From positions 1 to 64,000 of IMG/VR virus record IMGVR_UViG_3300045988_024527: a stretch of DNA of 64,000 nt, one strand, 5' to 3'. Shown piece by piece: positions 1 to 6,123 of the stretch. The stretch comes from a virus (Duplodnaviria; Heunggongvirae; Uroviricota; Caudoviricetes). Both the position numbers and the translations under genes were made by a program. A model generated the notes under the pieces. It ran no database searches. It was given only the letters and a program-made list of their open reading frames with translations, and was not told where the DNA came from. Positions within the stretch are counted from its first letter, which is position 1. Every line of letters starts with the position of its first letter.

Positions 1-218
1 AGAGAAATGAAGGTGGATTACATCCAACGCAGAAGCCTGTTTCGCTGATGAAAGCACTAATAGAACTAACTACTCAAGAAGGACAGCTAGTGATAGACCC
101 ATTTAGTGGTAGCGGTTCAACTCTTGTGGCAGCAAAAGAGCTTGGCAGAAATTATATAGGCTTCGAGTCTAACCCAGCATATGTAGAAATAAGCAAAAAA
201 AGATTAGAAGATAAATAA
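1..218 (+). CDS. DNA methyltransferase, C-terminal fragment (5' end outside window)
   Basis: Frame ending at TAA 216-218 translates ...[44 protein letters not shown]; the DPFxGSG(S/T)T motif is typical of N6-A/N4-C DNA methyltransferases. Confidence 0.7.
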   Translation, partial: RNEGGLHPTQKPVSLMKALIELTTQEGQLVIDPFSGSGSTLVAAKELGRNYIGFESNPAYVEISKKRLEDK

Positions 219-224
219 TTACTT

Positions 225-262
225 AAGTGACAGTATATTATTATCTGTCACTTTATTTATTT
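225..262 (+). terminator. rho-independent terminator-like hairpin
   Basis: Stem aagtgacag (225-233) / ctgtcactt (245-253) followed by T-rich tatttattt. Confidence 0.5.
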
Positions 263-284
263 AGTCTATCCTACTGTCTATTTT

Positions 285-464
285 ATGAATTTTTATCAAC
301 GCACTGACAGCCTCATACTTGGTCATCATTAGCATCCTTCAGATAAAGATTTTAACATTGGTCATAGGAAAAGCCTTAAGTTCTCTCAAGAACTAAAAGA
401 TGAACTTGACAAATGTGTTTTGCTATGTTCAAATTGCCATAAGGTAAGACATGCAAAGTATTAG
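285..464 (+). pseudogene. decayed HNH endonuclease remnant
   Basis: Frame 333-464 translates HPSDKDFNIGHRKSLKFSQELKDELDKCVLLCSNCHKVRHAKY (C-terminal HNH-type CxxCH motif) with no start codon; upstream ATG 285 frame hits TAG at 330-332. Confidence 0.45.
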
Positions 465-601
465 TTAGCAGATTACTTAGACGACCTTATCGGGTCTCCG
501 TGTAAGGAGGTGGTCTGTATCTCATGTTTTCCAGAACATGTAAATAATCTGAGAAGGGGCTTTACAGTGTTGAGATAATACGGTAAGCTTCGAATTATAG
601 T

Positions 602-684
602 ATGGGACGATGTTAAGACTCTAAGGCATGAGCAACGGCTTCCAACACCGTTTCAAAGGGGTTCAACTCCTCCGTCCCATGCCA
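602..684 (+). tRNA. tRNA-Trp (anticodon CCA), non-canonical long D-arm
   Basis: 7 bp acceptor atgggac/gtcccat, T-loop ttcaact 662-668, anticodon loop ttccaac with CCA at 642-644, encoded 3' CCA 682-684; 83 nt with about 7 extra nt in the D region. Confidence 0.5.
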
Positions 685-697
685 AAGTCTTATTAGG

Positions 698-785
698 GGT
701 AGGTAGCGGCTAATGGTAGCCAAACTGTCTTGAAAACAGTTGCCACTGTAGAGATACGGTGAGGGTTCGACTCCTTTACTTACCG
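698..785 (+). tRNA. tRNA-Ser (anticodon UGA), class II long variable arm
   Basis: Acceptor ggtaggt/acttacc, anticodon stem actgt/acagt with loop cttgaaa (TGA 731-733), long variable arm, T-loop ttcgact 766-772. Confidence 0.7.
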
Positions 786-1040
786 CCTAATAAGATTTAA
801 TTCCCGCGCTCGTCTAACAAGCTCGGTTTTTACTCGTGTATTGTCGTACACACTGACAAAGCACCTAGTAGGTGTCACGGAGAAGAGATAATATCAAGCT
901 CTCCAAAGGTTCTAGTCACCGGATTAAACAAGACTATGCAAAGACCTTTCTAGGTCTTTTTAGAGGGCTTCTAAGGTTATTACAGCTTGTTGTGGAACCT
1001 TGTTGCTTAGGTTCTTAGAAGTTCTCTAAAAAGGTTTAAT

Positions 1041-1118
1041 GGGAGATTGACGGTAATTGGTAAACCTATCTCGCTTAGAACGAGATGTTTGAGGGTTCGA
1101 ATCCCTTGTCTCCTACCA
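1041..1118 (+). tRNA. tRNA with anticodon UAG (Leu-type anticodon, short variable arm)
   Basis: Anticodon stem tctcg/cgaga with loop cttagaa (TAG 1076-1078), T-arm gaggg-ttcgaat-ccctt, acceptor gggagat/gtctcct with two G-U pairs, CCA 1116-1118. Confidence 0.5.
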
Positions 1119-1125
1119 AGTTAAT

Positions 1126-1201
1126 GCAGGTGTAGCAAAATGGTTATGCGGCTGACTCTTAATCAGTAAGACGATGGGTTCAATTCCCTCCACCTGTACC
1201 A
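1126..1201 (+). tRNA. tRNA-Lys (anticodon CUU)
   Basis: 76 nt; acceptor gcaggtg/cacctgt, anticodon loop ctcttaa (CTT 1158-1160), T-loop ttcaatt, CCA 1199-1201. Confidence 0.65.
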
Positions 1202-1206
1202 AAAAT

Positions 1207-1282
1207 GGGGTCATAGTTTATATGGTTAAAATTCGAGTTTTGCAAACTTGGGAACTGAGTTCAATTCTCAGTGACTCCACCA
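1207..1282 (+). tRNA. tRNA-Ala (anticodon UGC)
   Basis: 76 nt; acceptor ggggtca/tgactcc with G3-U70, anticodon stem cgagt/acttg with loop tttgcaa (TGC 1240-1242), T-arm ctgag-ttcaatt-ctcag, CCA 1280-1282. Confidence 0.8.
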
Positions 1283-1288
1283 ATTAGT

Positions 1289-1363
1289 GCATCCATAGTT
1301 TAAACGGGAAAATTACAGTCTTCCAAACTGAGGTTGAGGGTTCGATTCCCTCTGGATGCTCCA
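1289..1363 (+). tRNA. tRNA-Gly (anticodon UCC)
   Basis: Acceptor gcatcca/tggatgc, anticodon loop cttccaa (TCC 1322-1324), T-arm gaggg-ttcgatt-ccctc, CCA 1361-1363. Confidence 0.8.
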
Positions 1364-1370
1364 AATTAAT

Positions 1371-1447
1371 GCTGCTTTCGTATAATTGGCTATTACACAT
1401 CCCTTGTAAGGATGGAAATGCAGGTTCGAGTCCTGTGAGCAGCACCA
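1371..1447 (+). tRNA. tRNA-Thr (anticodon UGU)
   Basis: Acceptor gctgctt/gagcagc, anticodon stem catcc/ggatg with loop cttgtaa (TGT 1405-1407), T-loop ttcgagt, CCA 1445-1447. Confidence 0.8.
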
Positions 1448-1542
1448 ATTCAGAGGTCAAGTGAAAGACCGCTGGTGTCAACTGAAGACCGTAACAAATT
1501 CCACGGAGTTGAGTTAGCGGCACAACTTCAGACCTCTTTCAC

Positions 1543-1617
1543 ACTCGCTTAGTTTATATGGTAAAGCCCCATCCTTACAAGTTGGTGAAAAAGGTTCAAG
1601 TCCTTTAGTGAGTACCA
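1543..1617 (+). tRNA. tRNA-Val (anticodon UAC)
   Basis: Acceptor actcgct/agtgagt, anticodon loop cttacaa (TAC 1576-1578), T-arm aaagg-ttcaagt-ccttt, CCA 1615-1617. Confidence 0.7.
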
Positions 1618-1618
1618 T

Positions 1619-1696
1619 GTTCCAGTATCCCAATTGGCAGAGGATGCAAGCTCAAACCTTGTACTAGTGACGGTTCGAATCCGTCTTGGAACACCA
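1619..1696 (+). tRNA. tRNA with anticodon CAA (Leu-type anticodon, short variable arm)
   Basis: Acceptor gttccag/ttggaac, anticodon stem gcaag/cttgt with loop ctcaaac (CAA 1653-1655), T-arm gacgg-ttcgaat-ccgtc, CCA 1694-1696; 78 nt, variable region only about 6 nt. Confidence 0.55.
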
Positions 1697-1712
1697 ATTT
1701 TAGGAGAGCACT

Positions 1713-1820
1713 ATGAGTGATAAGTCCATCGCAAAAAAGTTTAGAGCGTCATATCTAAACAGACGTAAAAACAAAGTTTGTGAAAAACTGTATGGTGTTC
1801 TCGTAGGTAAGCAGGATTAG
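1713..1820 (+). CDS. hypothetical small protein (35 aa), MSDKSIAKKFRASYLNRRKNKVCEKLYGVLVGKQD
   Basis: ATG 1713 preceded by aggagag SD; stop TAG 1818-1820 lies inside the start of tRNA-Arg; below ORF-track size cutoff. Confidence 0.25.
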   Translation: MSDKSIAKKFRASYLNRRKNKVCEKLYGVLVGKQD

Positions 1821-1886
1821 TTCAAATGGATAGAGCAACAGTCTACGAAGCTGTTAATAGGGGTTCGAATCCCTTATCCTGCGCCA
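1811..1886 (+). tRNA. tRNA-Arg (anticodon ACG)
   Basis: 76 nt; perfect acceptor gcaggat/atcctgc, D-stem gttc/gagc, anticodon stem acagt/gctgt with loop ctacgaa (ACG 1845-1847), T-loop ttcgaat, CCA 1884-1886. Confidence 0.85.
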
Positions 1887-1904
1887 GATAAGCAAGAGGA
1901 ATTT

Positions 1905-2147
1905 ATGCAAACATTAATCGTCGTTGCACATGAAAACCCCAATAGTATTGAGTTTGTAAGGGTTCCCACTATAGATACCCACATTTTCTTGAAAGTCGGA
2001 TGGGAATGCGACCCAATAAAAGTAGGGAAATTTCTTGGTCATTACTTTGGTGGAAGACAATTTAAAAGTATCAATTTTGAGACAGTGTTACCAGAAAACT
2101 CAGAAACAGATAATAATACTTACCTCCTTACGAGGATTAGACAATGA
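1905..2147 (+). CDS. hypothetical protein (80 aa) embedded in tRNA array
   Basis: ORF track; abuts the next ORF; no recognisable motif. Confidence 0.35.
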   Translation: MQTLIVVAHENPNSIEFVRVPTIDTHIFLKVGWECDPIKVGKFLGHYFGGRQFKSINFETVLPENSETDNNTYLLTRIRQ

Positions 2148-2701
2148 GATACTTAAAATATGCTTCATGGATTTTCCTAGCTTTACTAGAACCATTTGCA
2201 GCAGCCCTAGCAGTCATCTTAGCACCTTTCGTAGTTCCATTCTACAGTGAGAAGAAAGGACATCTACCTTTTGGATTCAGATGGATGGAGACCTACGACA
2301 ACCCGATTGATGGTGATGAAGGTCACGTTAAAAGATGGGCTAAGATTAGAAAGATTGGTAAGCTGGGTGTCTACATGCAGAGAGTTGGATGGCTCTGGAG
2401 AAACAAAGCTTATAACTTCTCTTACCATGTATTAGGAAGAGATGTAAAAGATGTTACTAAGTGGAAAGGTAATATCAACGTAAGTTCTAACCCTGAAGAT
2501 AATCAGACTGGTTATCTCCTAATGTGGAACAGTAATGCTTGGGGATTATTCGCTTTTATCCCATCAATTAAAGTCTTTGGTAAACAGTTTTACTGGAGAA
2601 TTTATATTGGATGGAAACTAAAAAGTGTTGTCCCAGAAGAAAGAGCATTCTCAAGGGAAAGAGTTATGTTGGCATTCTTTATTCATCCACTGAGAAAGTA
2701 A
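2144..2701 (+). CDS. hypothetical membrane-anchored protein (185 aa)
   Basis: ORF track; hydrophobic N-terminus IFLALLEPFAAALAVILAPFVVPF, Trp-rich body; function not recognised. Confidence 0.5.
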   Translation: MRYLKYASWIFLALLEPFAAALAVILAPFVVPFYSEKKGHLPFGFRWMETYDNPIDGDEGHVKRWAKIRKIGKLGVYMQRVGWLWRNKAYNFSYHVLGRDVKDVTKWKGNINVSSNPEDNQTGYLLMWNSNAWGLFAFIPSIKVFGKQFYWRIYIGWKLKSVVPEERAFSRERVMLAFFIHPLRK

Positions 2702-2709
2702 AGATTTAA

Positions 2710-2785
2710 AGGGGATTAGTTTACAAGGTTAAAACCTCGGTCTTTGAAATCGAAGAAGTTGGTTCAATTCCAACATCCCCCGCCA
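2710..2785 (+). tRNA. tRNA-Gln (anticodon UUG)
   Basis: Anticodon stem tcggt/atcga with loop ctttgaa (TTG 2744-2746), T-arm gttgg-ttcaatt-ccaac, acceptor with A1-C72 mismatch, CCA 2783-2785. Confidence 0.7.
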
Positions 2786-2787
2786 AT

Positions 2788-2866
2788 GCTCCATTACTCC
2801 AATTGGCAGAGAGGCCAGACTTAAAATCTGTGTTATGTATCGGTTCGAATCCGATATGGAGTACCA
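2788..2866 (+). tRNA. tRNA with anticodon UAA (Leu-type anticodon, short variable arm)
   Basis: Acceptor gctccat/atggagt, anticodon loop cttaaaa (TAA 2822-2824), T-arm atcgg-ttcgaat-ccgat, CCA 2864-2866; 79 nt, variable region about 7 nt. Confidence 0.5.
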
Positions 2867-2871
2867 ATTTT

Positions 2872-2947
2872 AGCGGTATAGCATAACTGGCAATGCAACA
2901 GTCTCTGAAGCTGTCCTATTAAGGTTCAAATCCTTATGCCGCTGCCA
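2872..2947 (+). tRNA. tRNA-Gln (anticodon CUG)
   Basis: 76 nt; acceptor agcggta/tgccgct, perfect D-stem gcat/atgc, anticodon stem acagt/gctgt with loop ctctgaa (CTG 2905-2907), T-loop ttcaaat, CCA 2945-2947. Confidence 0.75.
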
Positions 2948-2978
2948 CTTCTAAGGGTTCTTACGAGAGTCCTTAAAT

Positions 2979-3054
2979 GTGGCCTTATCATAAATGGTAA
3001 TGACCCATGCTGTGAACATGGTCTATACGGGTTCAAATCCCGTAGGTCACCCCA
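2979..3054 (+). tRNA. tRNA-His (anticodon GUG)
   Basis: 76 nt; acceptor gtggcct/aggtcac, D-stem tcat/atga, perfect anticodon stem ccatg/catgg with loop ctgtgaa (GTG 3012-3014), T-arm acggg-ttcaaat-cccgt, CCA 3052-3054. Confidence 0.8.
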
Positions 3055-3059
3055 ATTTA

Positions 3060-3136
3060 TAGCCCAAGTAGCTTATATGGTTAAAGCGCGTGTCTGAAAA
3101 ACATGAGAAGAGGGTTCAAATCCCACTGGACTACCA
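3060..3136 (+). tRNA. tRNA-Phe (anticodon GAA), imperfect acceptor stem
   Basis: D-stem gctt/aagc, anticodon stem cgtgt/acatg with loop ctgaaaa (GAA 3096-3098), T-loop ttcaaat 3115-3121; best acceptor pairing tagccca/tggacta has one mismatch and irregular spacing. Confidence 0.45.
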
Positions 3137-3152
3137 ATTTCAAAGGTGCTTA

Positions 3153-3887
3153 ATGAAAGAGATGACAGAACAAGGTAAGGAGATTTTTAATCTCTTAAAA
3201 ACCGGTAAAGGGTTTTCTAACCCACTTATTACTGGTGCAGCAGTTCTCGGTGGAACCGTAGCTGCCTCTACATCACTTGTAAGCTCTATTAGCTCTGTAA
3301 CAGACCCTACAATGAAGGAGAAACTTGTTGCTGCTGGACTTACAACAGTCCTTCTAAACAGTTTTACAACAAGCCTGACAAGCACTACAGCAACCACTAA
3401 GACCTTAACAGATTATGGTCAAAAGTCTATTGATGAGTTTTCATCACGTATGCAGGTAGCAAAGGGATACTCCAATGTTATGGGTGCAGCAGGAGAACAA
3501 GTTGGTTGTACACCATTCAGTGGTATTATGGGTGTTGCTACAGAGTATGGTCAAAAAGCTATTGACATGATTAACAGTACACTAGATAGTGTTAATGGTG
3601 TGTTAAGTGACTTACAAGACGCTATTGACAAGGGTCTTGATACTGTTTCTGATTTAGCTAACCAAGCTGTCAGTAAGATTAATGAAGGTATTTCAAAGAT
3701 TACAGCTTATGCAGATGAAGTTGTGCAGATGATTGAAGAAGAAGCTGCCCTTATTGCAGAGTACCTTAAAACGAATATCAATGGGTTCTTAGCAGGTATC
3801 TTACCAGACTGGTTTGATGATGCCTGTAAAACTGGTGTAATTGACACTATTGCAACACCAGAAATGAAGAGCGCATTACAGAAATAA
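3153..3887 (+). CDS. hypothetical protein (244 aa) embedded in tRNA array
   Basis: ORF-track frame 3090-3887; start moved to ATG 3153 (SD-like aaagg upstream) because 3090-3136 overlaps tRNA-Phe; Ser/Thr-rich N-terminus, no recognised domain. Confidence 0.5.
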   Translation: MKEMTEQGKEIFNLLKTGKGFSNPLITGAAVLGGTVAASTSLVSSISSVTDPTMKEKLVAAGLTTVLLNSFTTSLTSTTATTKTLTDYGQKSIDEFSSRMQVAKGYSNVMGAAGEQVGCTPFSGIMGVATEYGQKAIDMINSTLDSVNGVLSDLQDAIDKGLDTVSDLANQAVSKINEGISKITAYADEVVQMIEEEAALIAEYLKTNINGFLAGILPDWFDDACKTGVIDTIATPEMKSALQK

Positions 3888-3888
3888 T

Positions 3889-3981
3889 GGAAGATTAACC
3901 CTAAAAGGTAAGGGAGCAGTTTGCTAAACTGCCAGTAGCTGAGAAATCGGTGTACCAGTTCAAGTCTGGTATCTTCCTCCA
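3889..3981 (+). tRNA. tRNA-Ser (anticodon GCU), class II long variable arm
   Basis: 93 nt; perfect acceptor ggaagat/atcttcc, perfect anticodon stem gcagt/actgc with loop ttgctaa (GCT 3923-3925), about 21 nt variable arm, T-arm accag-ttcaagt-ctggt, CCA 3979-3981. Confidence 0.85.
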
Positions 3982-3985
3982 ATTT

Positions 3986-4061
3986 GAATCCGTGACAGAA
4001 ATGGCTATGTGCCTGTCTGCAAAACAGGTTTATAATGGTTCAAGTCCCTTCGGATTCTCCA
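3986..4061 (+). tRNA. tRNA-Cys (anticodon GCA)
   Basis: 76 nt; perfect acceptor gaatccg/cggattc, perfect anticodon stem cctgt/acagg with loop ctgcaaa (GCA 4019-4021), T-loop ttcaagt, CCA 4059-4061. Confidence 0.8.
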
Positions 4062-4098
4062 AGTTATTTTACTCTCTCTCAATTAAAATAATAATAAT

Positions 4099-4158
4099 GC
4101 CCTGCTATAAGTATTCTTCCTTTCGCTACCGAAGAGTATTTTTAGACAGGGCTTTTTT
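4099..4158 (+). terminator. terminator-like long hairpin ending the tRNA array
   Basis: gccctg (4099-4104) pairs cagggc (4147-4152), followed by tttttt 4153-4158. Confidence 0.45.
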
Positions 4159-4233
4159 ACAGAGTTATACTTTATAGGAAGACTTATACAGTATGTCTCT
4201 GACGTACATTGTGGTTTCTCCTTGACGGTCTCT

Positions 4234-4257
4234 GTGCCGTCTTTTTTAAGGGGAAAC
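4234..4257 (+). terminator. rho-independent terminator
   Basis: Stem gacgg/ccgtc with loop tctctgtg, then tttttt 4252-4257. Confidence 0.55.
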
Positions 4258-4283
4258 AATATTAATTATTTGGAGAAAACATA

Positions 4284-4484
4284 ATGAGCGAGAACGTTTA
4301 TAAAGAACTTTATGAAGCTAACAAGAAGTTAGAGTTTATGCAGAATACTATCATGGCAATTGCAGACAGATTATCTGTAGCAACAGGTATTGATATTAAA
4401 GAAGCATCTATGGATGCACTTCTTGATGCTGTTGATGCAAAGTTCGAAGTTAAGAAAGAAGAGACTGCTACAGACTCTGAATAA
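4284..4484 (+). CDS. hypothetical small protein (66 aa) immediately upstream of terminase large subunit
   Basis: ORF track; ggag SD before ATG; position would suit a small terminase subunit or accessory protein but no motif recognised. Confidence 0.4.
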   Translation: MSENVYKELYEANKKLEFMQNTIMAIADRLSVATGIDIKEASMDALLDAVDAKFEVKKEETATDSE

Positions 4485-4505
4485 TTCTATTTGCGGAGGC
4501 GCTTA

Positions 4506-6107
4506 ATGGACTTAAATGCTGTTAAGCAGAAGCGAGTGGAAGATGTTAGGAAAGTCCTAGCTGGAGAGTTGGGGCTTTCTGATGAAGTAAAAGAAATTAT
4601 TAAATCATTCGGTAAAGACCCCTCTAAATTCCTTCCAACTCAAATTCTGACTTTATTAAGATACACACCAGACCAAGTTCGCCTCATCTTTAAATTGATG
4701 ACTGATAAGAACTATGTAGCCCCTCAGCCGGGTTCTCAAGAGGTCTTTTTAAACACTAATGCTGACTTGGTTCTCTATGGTGGTGCTGCTGGTGCTGGTA
4801 AAACTGCTGCATTGTTAATGGACTCTTTAAGATTTATTGAAGACCCTAACTATAATGCTGTATATTTCCGTCGAAATACAACACAGTTACAAGGTGGTTT
4901 ATGGCCTGCTGCAAAGAAACTATTTGGTAAGTTTGGTGGGATTCCTCACGAGCAGAAAATGACTATCACATTCCCTTCTGGGGCAACTATCAAGTTTACC
5001 TACCTAGAACTTGAAAAGCACGCTGAAGGTCATCAGGGTATTGAATACTCAGCTATTTACTTTGACGAAGGTACACACTTCTCTGCTTCACAGATTTCAT
5101 ACCTACAAACCCGTCTACGTTCTGGTGCTGAAGGTGATTCATACATGAAGATTTCCATGAACCCAGATAGAGACCACTTTATTTATGATTGGGTAGAGCC
5201 ATTCTTAGATGAAGAAGGTTATCCAGACCCTGAAAAGTGTGGTCGTATTCGTTGGTATGTAATGAATGATGGTGTGATGGTTTCTGATTGGGAGAGAGAC
5301 AAGATTCTTGAAATGTTCCCTCTTGAGATTCCTCAAACATACACATTCATCTCTGGTACGATTGATGATAACCCAATCCTTGACTTCTTAGAACCTAAGT
5401 ACCGTGGTAAGTTGGAAAACAACACCCCTGTAAACGTTGCAAGACTTCGTTTCGGTAACTGGAAAGCTCGTGCAGAAGGTTCAAACTATTGGCAAAGACA
5501 ATGGTGTGAGATTGTTGATTCACTCCCAGAAGATGTATTTGATGTTAGAGCATGGGACTTAGCAGCAACTTTACCATCTGAGATTAACCCTAATCCAGAC
5601 TGGACAGCAGGTGTTAAGATGGGTAAATCTAAAAAAGACGGTTGCTATTATATCATTGATGTAGTAAGATTTAGAGATAGACCCTCTGGAGTCGAAACAC
5701 AAATTAATTTGACTGCTGAAAGTGACGGTAAGCGAACTGGTATTTTTATCCCTCAAGACCCAGGCGCTGCTGGTAAATCCTACGCAACATCCCTCATCAG
5801 GAAACTTGCCGAGAAAGGCTATCGTGCAAGAGCCAAACCAACAAATAAAGATAAAGTTACCCGCTTTGCGGGATTTTCTGCTGCTTCTGAAGCTGGACTT
5901 GTAAAAGTCTTGAGAGGTAGTTGGAATGAAGCTTACTTTCAAGAGCTTGAAGGCTTTTGTGGTGATGGCAAAACTAAAGATGACCAAGTGGATGCTACCA
6001 GTGATGCTTTCAACAGTCTTAACGAAGTTAAATTATTCAAGCCACCATCAATGGGTGCTCACACAGACTTAGTGAGAGGAAACCCATATGAGGGGCTTAG
6101 ACGTTGA
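4506..6107 (+). CDS. terL: terminase large subunit
   Basis: Walker A LVLYGGAAGAGKTAALL, acidic nuclease-like C-terminal half, position ahead of portal; start placed at ATG 4506 (ggagg SD) rather than track start 4491. Confidence 0.85.
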   Translation: MDLNAVKQKRVEDVRKVLAGELGLSDEVKEIIKSFGKDPSKFLPTQILTLLRYTPDQVRLIFKLMTDKNYVAPQPGSQEVFLNTNADLVLYGGAAGAGKTAALLMDSLRFIEDPNYNAVYFRRNTTQLQGGLWPAAKKLFGKFGGIPHEQKMTITFPSGATIKFTYLELEKHAEGHQGIEYSAIYFDEGTHFSASQISYLQTRLRSGAEGDSYMKISMNPDRDHFIYDWVEPFLDEEGYPDPEKCGRIRWYVMNDGVMVSDWERDKILEMFPLEIPQTYTFISGTIDDNPILDFLEPKYRGKLENNTPVNVARLRFGNWKARAEGSNYWQRQWCEIVDSLPEDVFDVRAWDLAATLPSEINPNPDWTAGVKMGKSKKDGCYYIIDVVRFRDRPSGVETQINLTAESDGKRTGIFIPQDPGAAGKSYATSLIRKLAEKGYRARAKPTNKDKVTRFAGFSAASEAGLVKVLRGSWNEAYFQELEGFCGDGKTKDDQVDATSDAFNSLNEVKLFKPPSMGAHTDLVRGNPYEGLRR

Positions 6108-6123
6108 TAGCTAGGTGAGAAGA

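Noticed and set aside
1284-1523. 79 aa - strand ORF from the six-frame track
   Set aside because: Lies entirely across tRNA-Gly, tRNA-Thr and the structured spacer on the opposite strand; no RBS; artefact of a stop-poor tRNA region.
2035-2435. Overlapping + strand ORFs 2035-2250 and 2247-2435
   Set aside because: Alternative frames nested within ORFs 1905-2147 and 2144-2701; the longer ORF with a hydrophobic N-terminus is preferred.
3090-3152. Track start codon at 3090 for the 265 aa ORF
   Set aside because: The first 47 nt overlap tRNA-Phe; the in-frame ATG at 3153 with an upstream purine-rich SD is the more plausible start.
3950-4177. 75 aa + strand ORF from the six-frame track
   Set aside because: Overlaps tRNA-Ser(GCU), tRNA-Cys and the terminator hairpin; implausible as coding.
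4284-4484. Calling the 66 aa ORF the terminase small subunit
   Set aside because: Position fits but the protein is unusually small and has no recognisable DNA-binding motif; left as hypothetical.
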